From: the human T2T-CHM13v2.0 reference genome, Homo sapiens
Direction of reading: 5' to 3'
NCBI GenBank assembly: GCA_009914755.4
Contig: CP068257.2
Span: 9,120,001 to 9,184,000, forward strand
DNA length: 64,000 nucleotides
Made by a program: the position numbers and the translations under genes. Below the pieces are notes generated by a model that saw only the letters and a program-made list of their open reading frames with translations, did not search any database and was not told where the DNA came from. Below are positions 1 through 15,172 of this stretch, one piece after another. Every line of letters starts with the position of its first letter. The stretch's first letter is position 1.

Positions 1-188
1 GCCTCAGCCTCCCAAGTAGCTGGGATTACAGGCATGCACCACTATGCCCGGCTAATTTTGTATTTTTAGTAGAGATGGGATTTCACCATGTTGGTCAGGC
101 TGGTCTCGAACTCCTGACCTCAGGTGATCCATCCACCTCAGCTTCCCAAAGTGCTGAGATTACAGGCATGATCCACTGTGCCCGGCCC
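1..188 (-). mobile_element. Alu SINE, minus orientation, truncated by window start
   Basis: gcctcagcctcccaagtagctgggattacagg...ggtctcgaactcctgacctcaggtgatcc...ccactgtgcccggcc is the reverse complement of the Alu consensus, ending in the rc of GGCCGGGCGC. Confidence 0.9.
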
Positions 189-280
189 CAGGTAATTTTT
201 TGTATTTTTAGTAGGGACAAGTTTCCACTATGTTGGCCAGGCTGGTCTCGAACTCCTGGCCTCAAGTGATCTGCCTGCCT
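189..280 (-). mobile_element. Partial Alu (monomer-length fragment), minus orientation
   Basis: taattttttgtatttttagtag...ttggccaggctggtctcgaactcctggcctcaagtgatctgcctgcc matches rc of the Alu left arm. Confidence 0.75.
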
Positions 281-1673
281 AACATATTCTAATACTTTTC
301 CCAGAGTCTTTTTGTTTCAATTTTTCTTTTTTTTAAGCATACTGAAATTTAAAATGTTTTTACTGCCATCAAATATTTTTTCTATGTTTGTTAACCTTTA
401 TGCCTGATTGCCCTTTCTTCCCTGATATCAGATAAATAAGTACCCACACATTTTCTTTGAGTTTTCATGCAATGAAGAGTAATTTAAAAGATAATAAATG
501 TATCTACAATTTATTTTCAAATAGTTCAGCCAAAATGAAGTTTTATAAACATACACAGACACACACAGAAAGTAAATATGTTAAAATGTTAACTACTGGT
601 GAATCTAGATGAAGGATAAATGAGTGTCCATTATACTGTTCCTTCAACTTTTAAGTGAATTTGAAATTTTTCAAAATAGTAAGTTGGATGGGGAAATATT
701 CTTTGCCATAAGCTAGAAATTAGCTAAGCTTCTAGGTGTTTTGTGACCCACCTTATCATTTGAAATATCCTTATCCTACAGTAGTCTGTGGGGTTTATAA
801 GAAGTGTTCTGCTGCATTAAAAAAAAGAAATTTAAAAATATAGTGAATAAAGGTCATCTTCCATGGCTGAATACATTACCAAAAATGTAATTTATAGAAT
901 TTCGTTTTTTAGCAGACAAGTGTCTTAAAAACTCATTCATTAAAATGAGATGTGTTGTGTGGTAATGTGACCCATTTCCATGTTATAGTTGAGAAACTGG
1001 GTGTTCAGAAAAATTAAGTGACCTAGGTAGTACCTCCTGAGCTGGAATTAACCCAGGACCCCTGACTCTAGTCCTGCTTTTTTTCCTCTAAAGTGTAAAC
1101 CATGACTACTACTACTAACTAATACTTCTCTTTCCATCTCCCTCTCCCCATTCTCTCCCAACTGCCCACCTCCAGAAGTAAGTATTTAAAAAGAACTAAC
1201 ATTTGTTAGATTTTTTTTAAATGTTAAGCCTAGGTATATCATTTATAGAAGAATTAAATAAGCTTGAAAGAAAAAATTACCTGCAGTTTTACCAGTTAAA
1301 AGTTATTAACATTTTCATGTTGATTCTTCCCTATTTGTGTGTGTATTATTTTAATTTTAGTTTAATTTAATTTTATGGGTTTTTTCTTTTGTTTTTTGTT
1401 TTTTTTTGCTGCTGCTCCTTGTGTAACAGGGCTAACCCATAGGCAGTGTGTCCAGAGTCGGCCCGTATGAATGTTTTAATGTGCTCACTTTGTACATTCT
1501 GTTTAACTTTACTTTTGCTTAAATACGTGCTTAACTTCTTTTTGTGTCAATAAGTTTACAACTGTATTGTTAGTGGCTACTTAGTATTCCACATATGAAT
1601 AAATAAAGTTATTTATTTAATCAATTTTCATACATTTAGGTTACCTGTTTGTTCAGAAGTACGGTGTTGTGAC

Positions 1674-1972
1674 ATGCATTTTTTTTTTTTTTTTGAGATG
1701 GAGTCTCACTTTGTTGCCCAGGCTGGAGTGCAGTGGCATGATCTTGGCTCACTGCAACCTATACCTCCCAGCGATTCTCCTGCCTCAGGCTCCCAAATAG
1801 CTGGGACTACAGGTGCATGCCACCAAGTTCAGCTAATTTTTGTATTTTTAGTGGAGACGAGGTTTCACCATGTTAGCCAGGCTGGTCTCGAACTCCTGAC
1901 CTCAGGTGATCTGCACACCTTGGCCTCCCAAAGTGCTGGGATTACAGGCATGAGCCATTGCAGCTGGCCCGT
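1674..1972 (-). mobile_element. Full-length Alu, minus orientation, poly-T at 1679-1695
   Basis: T-run followed by gagatggagtctcactttgttgcccaggctggagtgcagtgg...gggattacaggcatgagccattgcagctggcc. Confidence 0.92.
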
Positions 1973-2075
1973 ACATTATTTAGCTTGTTTTTTCTGTATG
2001 CATTCTTACTTGTTTCCTTAAGGTAGATTTCTTTTAGTATAATTAATTACAGACCAGGTTGATTTTTAAGGTTCA

Positions 2076-2550
<475 letters not shown>

Positions 2551-2720
2551 TTAAATTAAACGTATTATTTGTTAGTAAAATTTAACATTTTTTTATTTGT
2601 TTATTGGTTATTTTTCCTGTTTTGTAAATTGATTTTTCATATATGTTGCCCATTTTGCTGTTGGTTTATTTTATATTGAGTTGTTAGAGTGCATGTTTTG
2701 CAAATGGTTTTCCTATTTAA

Positions 2721-3152
<432 letters not shown>

Positions 3153-4011
3153 TAATGTATTTTTTATCTTTTGCTTTTGGCTTTCCTGAACCCACGATAA
3201 TGTGAATCTTTTTTTTTTTTTAATTTGAGGCTTTTTGTGATTTGCTAATAAGCCTCTTATAAATGTTTGCTATTACTTGGCTTTTTTTATGTAAGATATG
3301 AGGTAAGAATCTAACTCTTTTTTCTTCAGGATTGGTATCTTGCTGTTTCAACCCAAGATTGTAAACTTCATGAAGGGAGATATCTTGTCTGTTTTGATCC
3401 ACCACCCTATTCCTGTTATATAAGTAGGCACTTGAGGATTTGGTTTCTTATTAAATATTTAATATTTAGAAAGGAAGTCAGTGGAAAATATTCATTTGTA
3501 ATATTAATTCTTTGCATCAGAATATTAATCTTTGCATCTGATGCATCAGATGCATCAGAATCACCTGAGGAGCACTTTTGAAGTCTGCTGATTCAAAATG
3601 TAATCTCTTTTTCTGTTATATATGTTTCTGTAACACAAATTTGCTCATATGCATATAGTGGGAGAATGACATTAATGTATCATGAAAGTCCTGGTAGTTC
3701 ACCAAAGATCTTTCTTTATGCATTAACATTTCTAAGTTCTCAGGAGTATGCTGTCTCATAATGAAAGAAAAAGGCTTCACAACACATGAAGACTTAAGAA
3801 TATTTGAACATTCTGCATTTAGTTTTCATTTAGTGCAAATAGTAGCTGGTTTAGTGAATTTAAGAACTGTCGTGCTTTTCACAGTGTTAGTGAAGATTCA
3901 AGCATTGAAAAGACAATGTGAAGACAAATTTTCTTGTATTTTTTTTTAGCGTTGATAAAGGAGGGAGGGGGAGAAAAAGAGGTTGATAAACATGGTTATA
4001 TGCCAAATCTG

Positions 4012-4312
<301 letters not shown>

Positions 4313-5536
4313 TGATATTTTATTTAGATGAAACATACTGGTTTATTTTGGAAGCCAATGACCTCACGGATTTACATCTTAAGAGAGGAATCATAAACTC
4401 TAGGGCTTAAAGCTGCCAAAGATGGATTGTATGCCAGATGCAAAGGATACTGGAGCTTTAACTCTATTAAGTCTATTAGAATTGTTATTGCTTTTATTGG
4501 TGCTTTCCTTACAGAACTGTACAGGTTTTAGGGTATAGCCATAATCTTATTTTCCCAGAAGGCCTCTCAGATTCAGTGCATACTATTACAGAATATGAGG
4601 CTTTTCATCAGTGTATATTAGCTGAAATATCTGTACTACGGTGTTTTGAAGCAACTGTCCAGTTATCTCCTGTAGGCATTCTTGGCTCAGAACTATTGAC
4701 TTTTCACAGTTCCTTAATCATTATTTAATACATTTTAGGGTTCTGTAATCCTGTGAACTACCCTCATTGTAGGTTTCTGATAGTCTAAGTAAAATTAGTG
4801 CTCTAAACTTTATGTTTTATAATATTGCTTATATCTTTACAGCAGACTGGAAATTAATAGGGTGTGTGTGGATGTGTGTTGGAGTGGATTTTGGGTGAAG
4901 GGGCTTTCATTCTGCTACAGCTCTGCTGATTTGGAGGTGCAGTGGGATGTTTTTGGCTAAGGAAATGTTACGTATGCTGTAGTGTGGGCTTTATGGAAGT
5001 AGGCCCAGAGATAGTAGCAGCTGAAGTTCCTAGGTCACTTCTCTGACTCGTGTACCTCAGTTTTGGTTTGGAAAGCCTGAAAACTTCTGATAGGAACACT
5101 TGGCCATGTTATAGTTGTTAAGTTGGGTGGACACACAGGTTTTACCTGGAATAATACTATTTCCCAGCCAGTGGTTCAGACCATTTGAAGAGCCATTGCA
5201 AGGAAATGGCTGAGAAGTTGGTATCTTCGTCATGATTGCATTATTTACCTATAAATTCTCTATAATTTCAGTATTGTTACACTAGAGGCTGATCAGCACT
5301 AACTCACCTGACTTTGTATAGCTTTTAGGCTCTTCAGAATAGTACATGGTATATCTAAACTATAAAAGTGAGGTGAGAATTTGCATATATGTAAATATGA
5401 AAGTTACTGCTAAAGGTTTCATTAGACACATATTACACATGGCTCTGCTGTGGTTTAAAACTGACTGTTTCATTTAAGGCAATCTGGACTCTATTAGTGA
5501 GAAATGAATTGTTTTTCTTGGTTTTATTCTCTAAAG

Positions 5537-5719
5537 GATCCAGCATTTGGAGGCAAACATGAAGCTCCATCCTCTCCAATTTCGGGGCAACCATGTGGAG
5601 ATGATCAAAATGCTTTACCTTCAAAACTTTCAAACGAAGAGTTAATACAAAGTATGGATCGTGTAGATTGAAAAATTGCAAAAGTAGAACAGCAGATCCT
5701 TAAACTGAAAAAGAAACAA
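5537..5719 (+). pseudogene. NCOR1-like: Unprocessed NCOR1-derived pseudogene exon. It is 183 nt and phase 0. The acceptor is ttttattctctaaag|G, the donor is CAA|gtaaaag, and there is an in-frame TGA at 5669-5671.
   Basis: The translation is DPAFGGKHEAPSSPISGQPCGDDQNALPSKLSNEELIQSMDRVD*KIAKVEQQILKLKKKQ. This matches the NCOR1 N-terminal segment ...KKDPAFGGKHEAPSSPISGQPCGDDQNASPSKLSKEELIQSMDRVDREIAKVEQQILKLKKKQQQLEEE, which I recall from memory. There are four substitutions plus R>stop (CGA>TGA). Splice signals are retained, so this is not a retrocopy. Confidence 0.75.
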
Positions 5720-5939
5720 GTAAAAGTCTTTGCCTAATATATTCTAAGAATGTATGTTTTTCTCCCTACAGAAGATAATTTTGAGTTTTCCATATTTTGA
5801 AACTTTACATAAAAGGAATCATGCCTTACGTATTCTGACTTGCTGTTTTTTGCTACTATTGTGGTTTTCTTACATTCATTCATTTTCCTTGCTGCACTGT
5901 CTGATTATATGATTGCAGAGAGTGAAATTTGTTTTTCCA

Positions 5940-8650
<2,711 letters not shown>

Positions 8651-9056
8651 TCTTTTCTTTTTTGTTTTGTCTTTATTTTCTTTACTTGTACAATGGTAAT
8701 CTAGTAATAACACCAACTAAATCACATGATTGTTTTATGAATTGAGATAATGAATATATTGCATAATATGTGGTACATAGTAAATGTATATGCAATCCAT
8801 TATAATAATTAGAAATAATGAAATATAATGTATGATTATTATGAAATATACCAGAGCCACAAATTTTATTGAGCGATACAAAGGACAACTAGAGAAAACA
8901 AAGAAATATGCCATAGCTGGATGGAAAGAGTAATAATAATGTTGTGTGTTCATCTTGGACTAAATCATGTCTCATATAATTTCAATAAAATTCCAATTAA
9001 ATTCATTTTTAGAACATGGCAAATATATTGTAAAGTTAATGTAAAAGAACAAACAG

Positions 9057-9369
9057 GGCCAGGCTCAGTGGCTCAACCTGTAATCCCAGCACTTTAGGAG
9101 GCTGAGGCGGGCATATCACGAGGTCAGGAGATCGAGACCATCCTGGCTAACACGGTGAAACCCCATCTCTACTATAATACAAAAAATTAGCCAGGCATTG
9201 TTGCAGGCGCCTGTAGTCCCCGCTACTCAGGAGTCTGAGGCAGGAGAATGGCGTGAACCCAGGAGGAGGAGCTTGTGGTGAGTGGAGATCACGCCACTGC
9301 ACTCAAGCTTGGGCGACAGGGCGAGATTCCATCTCAAAAATAAAATAAAATAAAATAAAAAAAGAAAAA
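9057..9369 (+). mobile_element. Alu (AluS/Y-like), plus orientation, with (AAAT)n/A-rich tail
   Basis: gggccaggctcagtggctcaacctgtaatcccagcactttaggaggctgaggcgggcatatcacgaggtcaggagatcgagaccatcctggctaacacggtgaaacc...gggcgacagggcgagattccatctcaaaaataaaataaaataaaataaaaaaag. Confidence 0.92.
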
Positions 9370-9989
9370 GAATTTGTGTCTTGTTTCCTCATTAATGTTG
9401 GTTGAAAGCATGTTGACACTTGTCTTTGACTTGTGTTTTATTAACATCGATTGGTATATTAAAAGTTCCTCTGAGCTTACCTTCTCTAAAAAAATATAAG
9501 AAAAAGGGCCTGTGGGAAGGACTATGAGGCAGAGGGGCTGGTGTGAGCACATGCTGGGCAGGAGGAAAGAGGTAATGACCAGGACCAGGGAAATCCCCAA
9601 ACCCAGCAAGTCAGGGAGCCAAATGAAAGCCTTTCATCCTGTATCGGCCACCTAACCCCATCGACACTCCAAGTGAACATTCTCTTTTAGAGATACTCAT
9701 TGTCCTGTTTCTTCTGTAATCTTGTAAAGGAATCTGATTTCTCCCATTAGCCTTTCACAGGACTAAAATTTCACATTAGAATGCTATTGTTTAGAAGGCA
9801 TCTTCTTAGATTAGGCTGCAAGGAGATTGAGGAAGTTACTGTCAGTCACTTATACCCCACAGGGACATTAATTCACCAGAGCTTTGGTGGGGGAGTAGAG
9901 GAGCTCATTACAAGCAGGTCTGGATGCTGCACAGAGTGTAAAGGGGGCAGAAGGATCCAGGACACCTAGGCCTGGAGATATCGCCAATG

Positions 9990-10090
9990 CTGGGAGGTAC
10001 TGTTATTATCCCCATTTTACAGAGGAGGAAACAGACACAGGCAGGTAATGTTATCAAGACCACGCTGCCCCACAGTACAGGAGCCAGGAT
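9990..10090 (-). mobile_element. MIR SINE fragment (core region)
   Basis: ttattatccccattttacagaggaggaaacagacacaggcaggtaatgttatcaagaccacgctgccc matches the MIR core rc (ccccattttacagatgaggaaactgaggc...cttgcccaaggtcacac). Confidence 0.6.
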
Positions 10091-10189
10091 CTAAGCACAG
10101 GCAGCCTGCCTTGCCATCAGAGCTCTCACCCATAACCCTGTGCTGCAGTTAAGCAGCATTGCCCTGTGGCCAGGGGGCACAGCTTCTGG

Positions 10190-10380
10190 GTTCACGTTCC
10201 AGCTTCTCTACCATTTCCAGCTGTGTGATCTTGGGCAAGTTACTTGTCTGTGCTCAGTGTCCTCTGCATAGTGGGTGTAGCAATACGTGCCTCATGGAGT
10301 CCCTTAAGTGAGTTAATAGCTGTAACATGCTTAGAATGGTGCCATGCACATCATCACCATCCACTGTATATGGGCCATCA
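10190..10380 (+). mobile_element. MIR SINE fragment in opposite orientation to the 9990 copy
   Basis: gctgtgtgatcttgggcaagttacttgtctgtgctcagtgtcctctgcatagtggg...agttaatagctgtaacatgcttagaatggtgccatgcacat matches MIR (ctgtgtgaccttgggcaagtcacttaacctctctgagcctcagtttcctcatctgtaaaatggg...gcacttagaacagtgcctggcacat). Confidence 0.6.
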
Positions 10381-11244
10381 TGCCTGAATTCCAGATGGAC
10401 ACATATCCTTGAAGGGTCTAAAATCTAGGATCCTGAAATGCCTGGCAGTGGGATCCTGAAATCCTCTGGCAGCATTTTAACATATTTTGGCTGCAGAATT
10501 GTACCCTGCTTCCTGGGGCTAGAAGGTGTGGGATCAGCTGCTTACTCAGTTCAACCCCAAAGTAGGCAAAGAAGGTTTTGTCACAGGCTTCCCTGGGGCC
10601 AGCCCCTGTAACCTCCCCTTGTCCCTCCCTTGCATGCTTCCTCACCCATATTCACACATGAACTCCAGGCCTTCTGGGCCCCAAGGGAAGGAGAGAAGGT
10701 GGGAAGTGGGTTCACTGGTCCACCGAAGCATGCTGCCTCCAGCCCTGCTGCACTGGTGGGTCCAGGGAATGGGCCTGGAGCTGAAGGGCTCTTGCCCTCC
10801 CTTTAACTTTAAACCTTGACTTGCAGTGATCCAAGAGCTTCATCTCTTCCTGTGAGCCTGTCTGGATGTTTATGCGGGATGGCTTGGGCCCCTTCTTTCA
10901 GGGGTGCACAGGCAAGGGCCTGACCGACAGCCATGGCAGATGAGGAGACTTTGGCAGATGAGAAGACCTTCTACTTCAGCTTCAATGTATGGGTCTTCTC
11001 CTGGCTCTCAGTACATTCCTCCTGAGTCATGATGGGCTCCAGTTCAGTGAAACTCTGTGGCAGCATCATGGTGTCCAGGGGTTTAATCTGGGGCATGTGC
11101 CAGTGCTACCCCAAGGTATGTGGTTGTGGGTGTGAGTGGAGCCAGAAGGGCTGGATCTTGTTCCTCTCTTCCATGTATCAGCCCCATCCTTCAATCATCT
11201 TGTTATTTTCATTTTGACTCCCTGTTTTATTCGGTATTCTCTTC

Positions 11245-11385
11245 TGAGCACCCGTCCATTCATTTATCCATTCATCCATCTATTCATCCATCCATTCATC
11301 CCAGCATCAATCTATCAATCCATGCATCCATCCATTTATTTGTCCAACCACCCATCCATCTATCTGTCCATCATTTAGCATAAGG
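11245..11385. repeat. (CATC/CATT/CATCCATT)n simple repeat
   Basis: cattcatttatccattcatccatctattcatccatccattcatcccagcatcaatctatcaatccatgcatccatccatttatttgtccaaccacccatccatctatctgtccatc. Confidence 0.9.
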
Positions 11386-14300
11386 ATTGATCAGAAGCCT
11401 CCTGGTTCTGGAGCCATAGACTAGACACCATGGGGAGACATGATGAAAAATAACATATGATTTGTGTGCTTGAAACAAAAGCTAATGAGTGCTTACCACC
11501 TGCCTGGCAGTCCTGCATTCAGGGTGCAGTTCTCCCCTCATCCTGAGCTTTTTGGTACCTTCTATAGTTTCACTTTGTAGTAGAGAATGCTGAGCCTCAT
11601 AAAGTGGGGACACACAGCTGCGTAGAGTTTGGATTGGAGCTCAGATGTGTGTGACTTAGGCATCACCCTCTGCCTTGAGTCCTCCACTCCAGGGTCTCAG
11701 AGCTGCTGAGCATTCTGGGGTTGGTCAGCTCTAACCTTGGTGGCATGCATTGAGCAACTCTCCATATTTTGGAGTCTTAATGTATTCCTAGCCTTAGTGA
11801 TAGCAAGGACTCTGCTTTGGGAGACCTGGGTGCTAGTTCCAGCCCTGTCCCAAACTTTCTGTGTGATCTTTGTCTTTCTGAGTCCAGTATTTGCATCTGC
11901 ATAATAGGACACAAGCACCAATTTTCACAGCCTCCTAGGGGTATTACAGAGTTCAGACAACAGAAGAGATATATGAATATTTGCAGACCGTAGAGTGTTT
12001 TATTTAGATGATGTGCTTTCAGGTCCTGACAACCCTCTGGAATGAACATGTCAGAAGTTGTAAACCTTCAATGCCCAGAGAGGTGGAGTGACACTTCCAA
12101 GGTCACATAGCTAGTCAGAGACAGACCTAGGGGGAAGAAATGAGACAAACATGGATTCTAACTTGGGCTCTGTCTCTAACTGCCTGGGATACTGCTCAAG
12201 CCCCTTCCCTCTCTAGGCCTCAGTTTCCTTGTTTTTACAATATGTGATACAGGATGAGGGGATGGATGGGGAGGATATCGGGGGGCCCTGCTAGAACTCA
12301 CCTCTAGGGCCCAGGCTTGGGAATCCCCAGAACCCCCATATTGTCCTTTACACCTGGGTGGCTGTGCTCAAGGACTCAGGGAGGGGGAACTCCTGCGGCC
12401 CTGGTCTTCCTAGCCCTTCCCCTTCTGTGGGCCCACCCTGGGCTGTCAGTGTGTTAGGTGCTGGAATGGTCTCACCTGGTTTGTAGTCATTTCCAAGGCA
12501 GTTTATGGTAACCTCACCTCTGTCCATACCATGTCCTGAGCAGAGGTCCCGGGGAGAAGTCCTGGGGGCCAGAGCCACCCATGTCACCACTAGCCATGGT
12601 AGTCCTCTTCTCTGTGTGGAGGCTGCACCCTGGAAGATGGCATCGGGTGGAACGGAGCATCTGTCCTGACCTCCCCGTTAAGCAGAGGTGGCTCTGGGAC
12701 TGTGGGCAGAGATACTGGAGTGGCAGTGGGAAGCGAAGTGGGGGAGGAAATATTGCTGGGTACTAATGAGTCAGAGTTGATAGACTCATGTCTTCATGTG
12801 CTGTGGAGGAGGCAGTCTGGTGGGGTGCAGATGGCATATGTTTTGGTGACCTACAGGCTTACTTTCAAATAGCTGTTACCTCATGTTCCACGTCTGTGAC
12901 CTTGGCAAGTAGAGCTCCTCAACCCCGAACCTTGCACTGCTGAGTGGGAGAAACCAGAAGGGTCTTGTGTTGTCAGGGACCTGGTATCATGCCTGGCACA
13001 GAGCACTTGCGAAATCTTCATTCTCAAGATTGGCATTTGTGGCTCTGGGGGATACACAGGGAGGTCTGTGCATGTATGGGCAGGTACATGTGGATAGGTG
13101 CGGGTCTGTTTGTGTGTGTGGGAGTGCATGTTTCAGGGACACAGGCTATCAAAACCAGCACAAGGTGACTCCAATAAGGGAAGGGAGGAAAGCGCATGGT
13201 AAACCACGAAGACACTCTAGACATGAGGCTTCCTGCATCCTACATGGCCTCTTGGTGCCTGTGCCATTGTAGCCTTCAGTGCTCACGCTTGTCCTACCCT
13301 CAGGGTCCTGCCCTGGATCTCAGTGCCTGGCTTGTGGAAAGCTTCAGTAAATGGGGAAACATAAACATAAGGGAATATAACTAGCTAATTAGGGTAATTC
13401 AGTGAGGAGTAGCCATTTCCAACATGAATTAAACTGTCCCTGATTATTAGGGGCTGGAGGTCTAGTGAGAGAGACAATTTGTGGCATGATGGGGAGGAAG
13501 TAGGATTCACAGAGAAGGTGAGCTTGGCTTTGTAGGTTAAGTAGAAATTCACCAGGCAGAGAAGATGTGGGAAGACGCTCCAGGCAGAAGAGCAACAGGA
13601 TCGAAGCCATGTGGTGAAAGGACAAGGCAAGTCTGTCAGCAATGCTACTAGAGGGGGAGGGGAACAAGTCAGGGTGGAAATGGACGGGCCTCAGCTCCTC
13701 AGTGCCTGGGATGTTATGCTAAGGGATTTGGATCTTACCCTTTAATCAAAGGGACAAGGGAGGGACATGACCAGGTTTGCAGTTTGAGAAAATTATCAGG
13801 CTGATATCTGGAAAGAGGATGGTCTGGGGCAGCGAGACCAGTGGGAGGCTTCTCTGCTCAGATGAGAGATGGTGGTCATCTGGATTAGGCAGAATTTGAA
13901 CCCAAGGCTGTAGGAACTGAGAAGACGGTTCCAGTTTACCATATGAGGAATACCTGCTGTGGCTGGCAGGGCACCAGCACTTCTACCCAGATTATCTCAC
14001 TAAAATTCTAAAGTAGACCTGGTCAGCTCTGGAAGCCACCTGGGCCTCAGGCATGAGAGAGGAGGAGGAATTGGGGCAAACCTAGTGGGTGGGTGCAGTT
14101 GGAGATGCTGAGCCTATTAGCAAAGACGGGACAGGAAAGTGGGGAGCAGGGAAAGGAGTGGCAGGGAGAGTGAGGCCTTTCCCTGCCTGGCTTCAGCCTT
14201 TACCCATGAGCCTCCCATTCCTCATTTCTGCTGGACCCAGGACCAGGACCCTGGCTGGTGTTGAAGGTTCTGTCTCCTCTGTGGGCTTCCCTCCCTCTGC

Positions 14301-14506
14301 TTCTTCCTTCTGAGGATTGCTCAATGTTCTGCCTAAACACAAATTTGACTGCATACTCTCCTGCTGATAAACCTTCAAGGATGCCTCTGATTCTGGGCAA
14401 AGCCTGAGCTTCTTAGTTTTATGTTCTGGGGGTCTCCGTTGTTTGATATCCCCTCCCCAGCTTCAACTCTGCCTGTTCTTCCTCATCAAAGTACCTGTAT
14501 TTTAAT

Positions 14507-15000
14507 ATGCTACCTCCTTCCTTTTCCTCCAAGATTTTCATAATTGTGGTTATGATGATGATGATGATGACGGTGATGGTGAAGGTGGTGATAATGATAG
14601 TGATAGTTATGTTGAGGATGATGGTGAGGATAGCGATGGTGATAATGTTGGTGATGGTGAGGAAGGCGATGGTGAAGGTGGTGATAATGATAGTGATAGT
14701 TATGCTGAGGATGATGATGATGATGGTGAGAATGGTGAAGGTGAGCATGGTGATGGTGATGGTAAGGATAGTGATGATGAGGTGATAATGATGGTGATGG
14801 TCAGGATGGTGATGGTGAAAATGATGGTGGTGATAGGGATGATGATGGTGATGGTGAGGATGGTGATAGTGAAGGTGGTGATGATACTGATAGTTATGGT
14901 GGGGATGCTGCTGCTGATGCTGGTGAGAATGGTGAGGGTGAGACTGATGATGATAATGAGGATAGTGATGGTGAGTATGGGGATGGTGATGGTACACCCC
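14507..15000. repeat. Triplet-periodic GGTGAT/GATGGT-type minisatellite (copy A), about 490 bp
   Basis: ggtgatggtgaaggtggtgataatgatagtgatagttatgttgaggatgatggtgaggatagcgatggtgataatg... repeats with a higher-order unit of about 100 bp. One frame encodes D/G/E/N/S-rich peptide with no stops apart from one frameshift. Confidence 0.9.
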
Positions 15001-15046
15001 TTGATCTGGCAATTCGACATCTAAGAATTGTTCATTTCTTCTAGGA

Positions 15047-15172
15047 TTTTTTTTTTTGAGTCAAGACTTCCCTATGTTGCCCAGGCTGGCCACGAACTAC
15101 TGGCCACGAGTGATCCTCCCACTTTGGCCTCCTGAGTAGCTGTGATTACTGGCATGAACCATGGTGCCTGGC
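15047..15172 (-). mobile_element. Alu monomer (FLAM/FRAM-like) fragment, minus orientation
   Basis: tttttttttttgagtcaagacttccctatgttgcccaggctggccacgaactactggccacgagtgatcctcccactttggcctcctgagtagctgtgattactggcatgaaccatggtgcctggc. Confidence 0.7.

Noticed and set aside
8860-8940. Possible second NCOR1 exon (ERYKGQLEKTKKYAIAGWKE versus NCOR1 QRYDQLMEAWEKK)
   Set aside because: Only 4-5 scattered residues match, there are no flanking splice signals and an in-frame stop follows. This is coincidental similarity in AT-rich sequence.
10930-11110. ATG-initiated frame MADEETLADEKTFYFSF... and a downstream ...CYPK|gtatgt donor-like site
   Set aside because: The frames terminate quickly. There is no homology I recognise and no supporting promoter. 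This is likely chance.
14419-15024. 197-aa His-rich and 106-aa minus-strand ORFs, and Met/Val-rich plus-strand ORFs
   Set aside because: They are alternative-frame translations of the GGTGAT minisatellite (cat/cac/cac on the antisense strand). These are repeat artefacts. The same applies to 32921-33643 and 33118-33771 in copy B.
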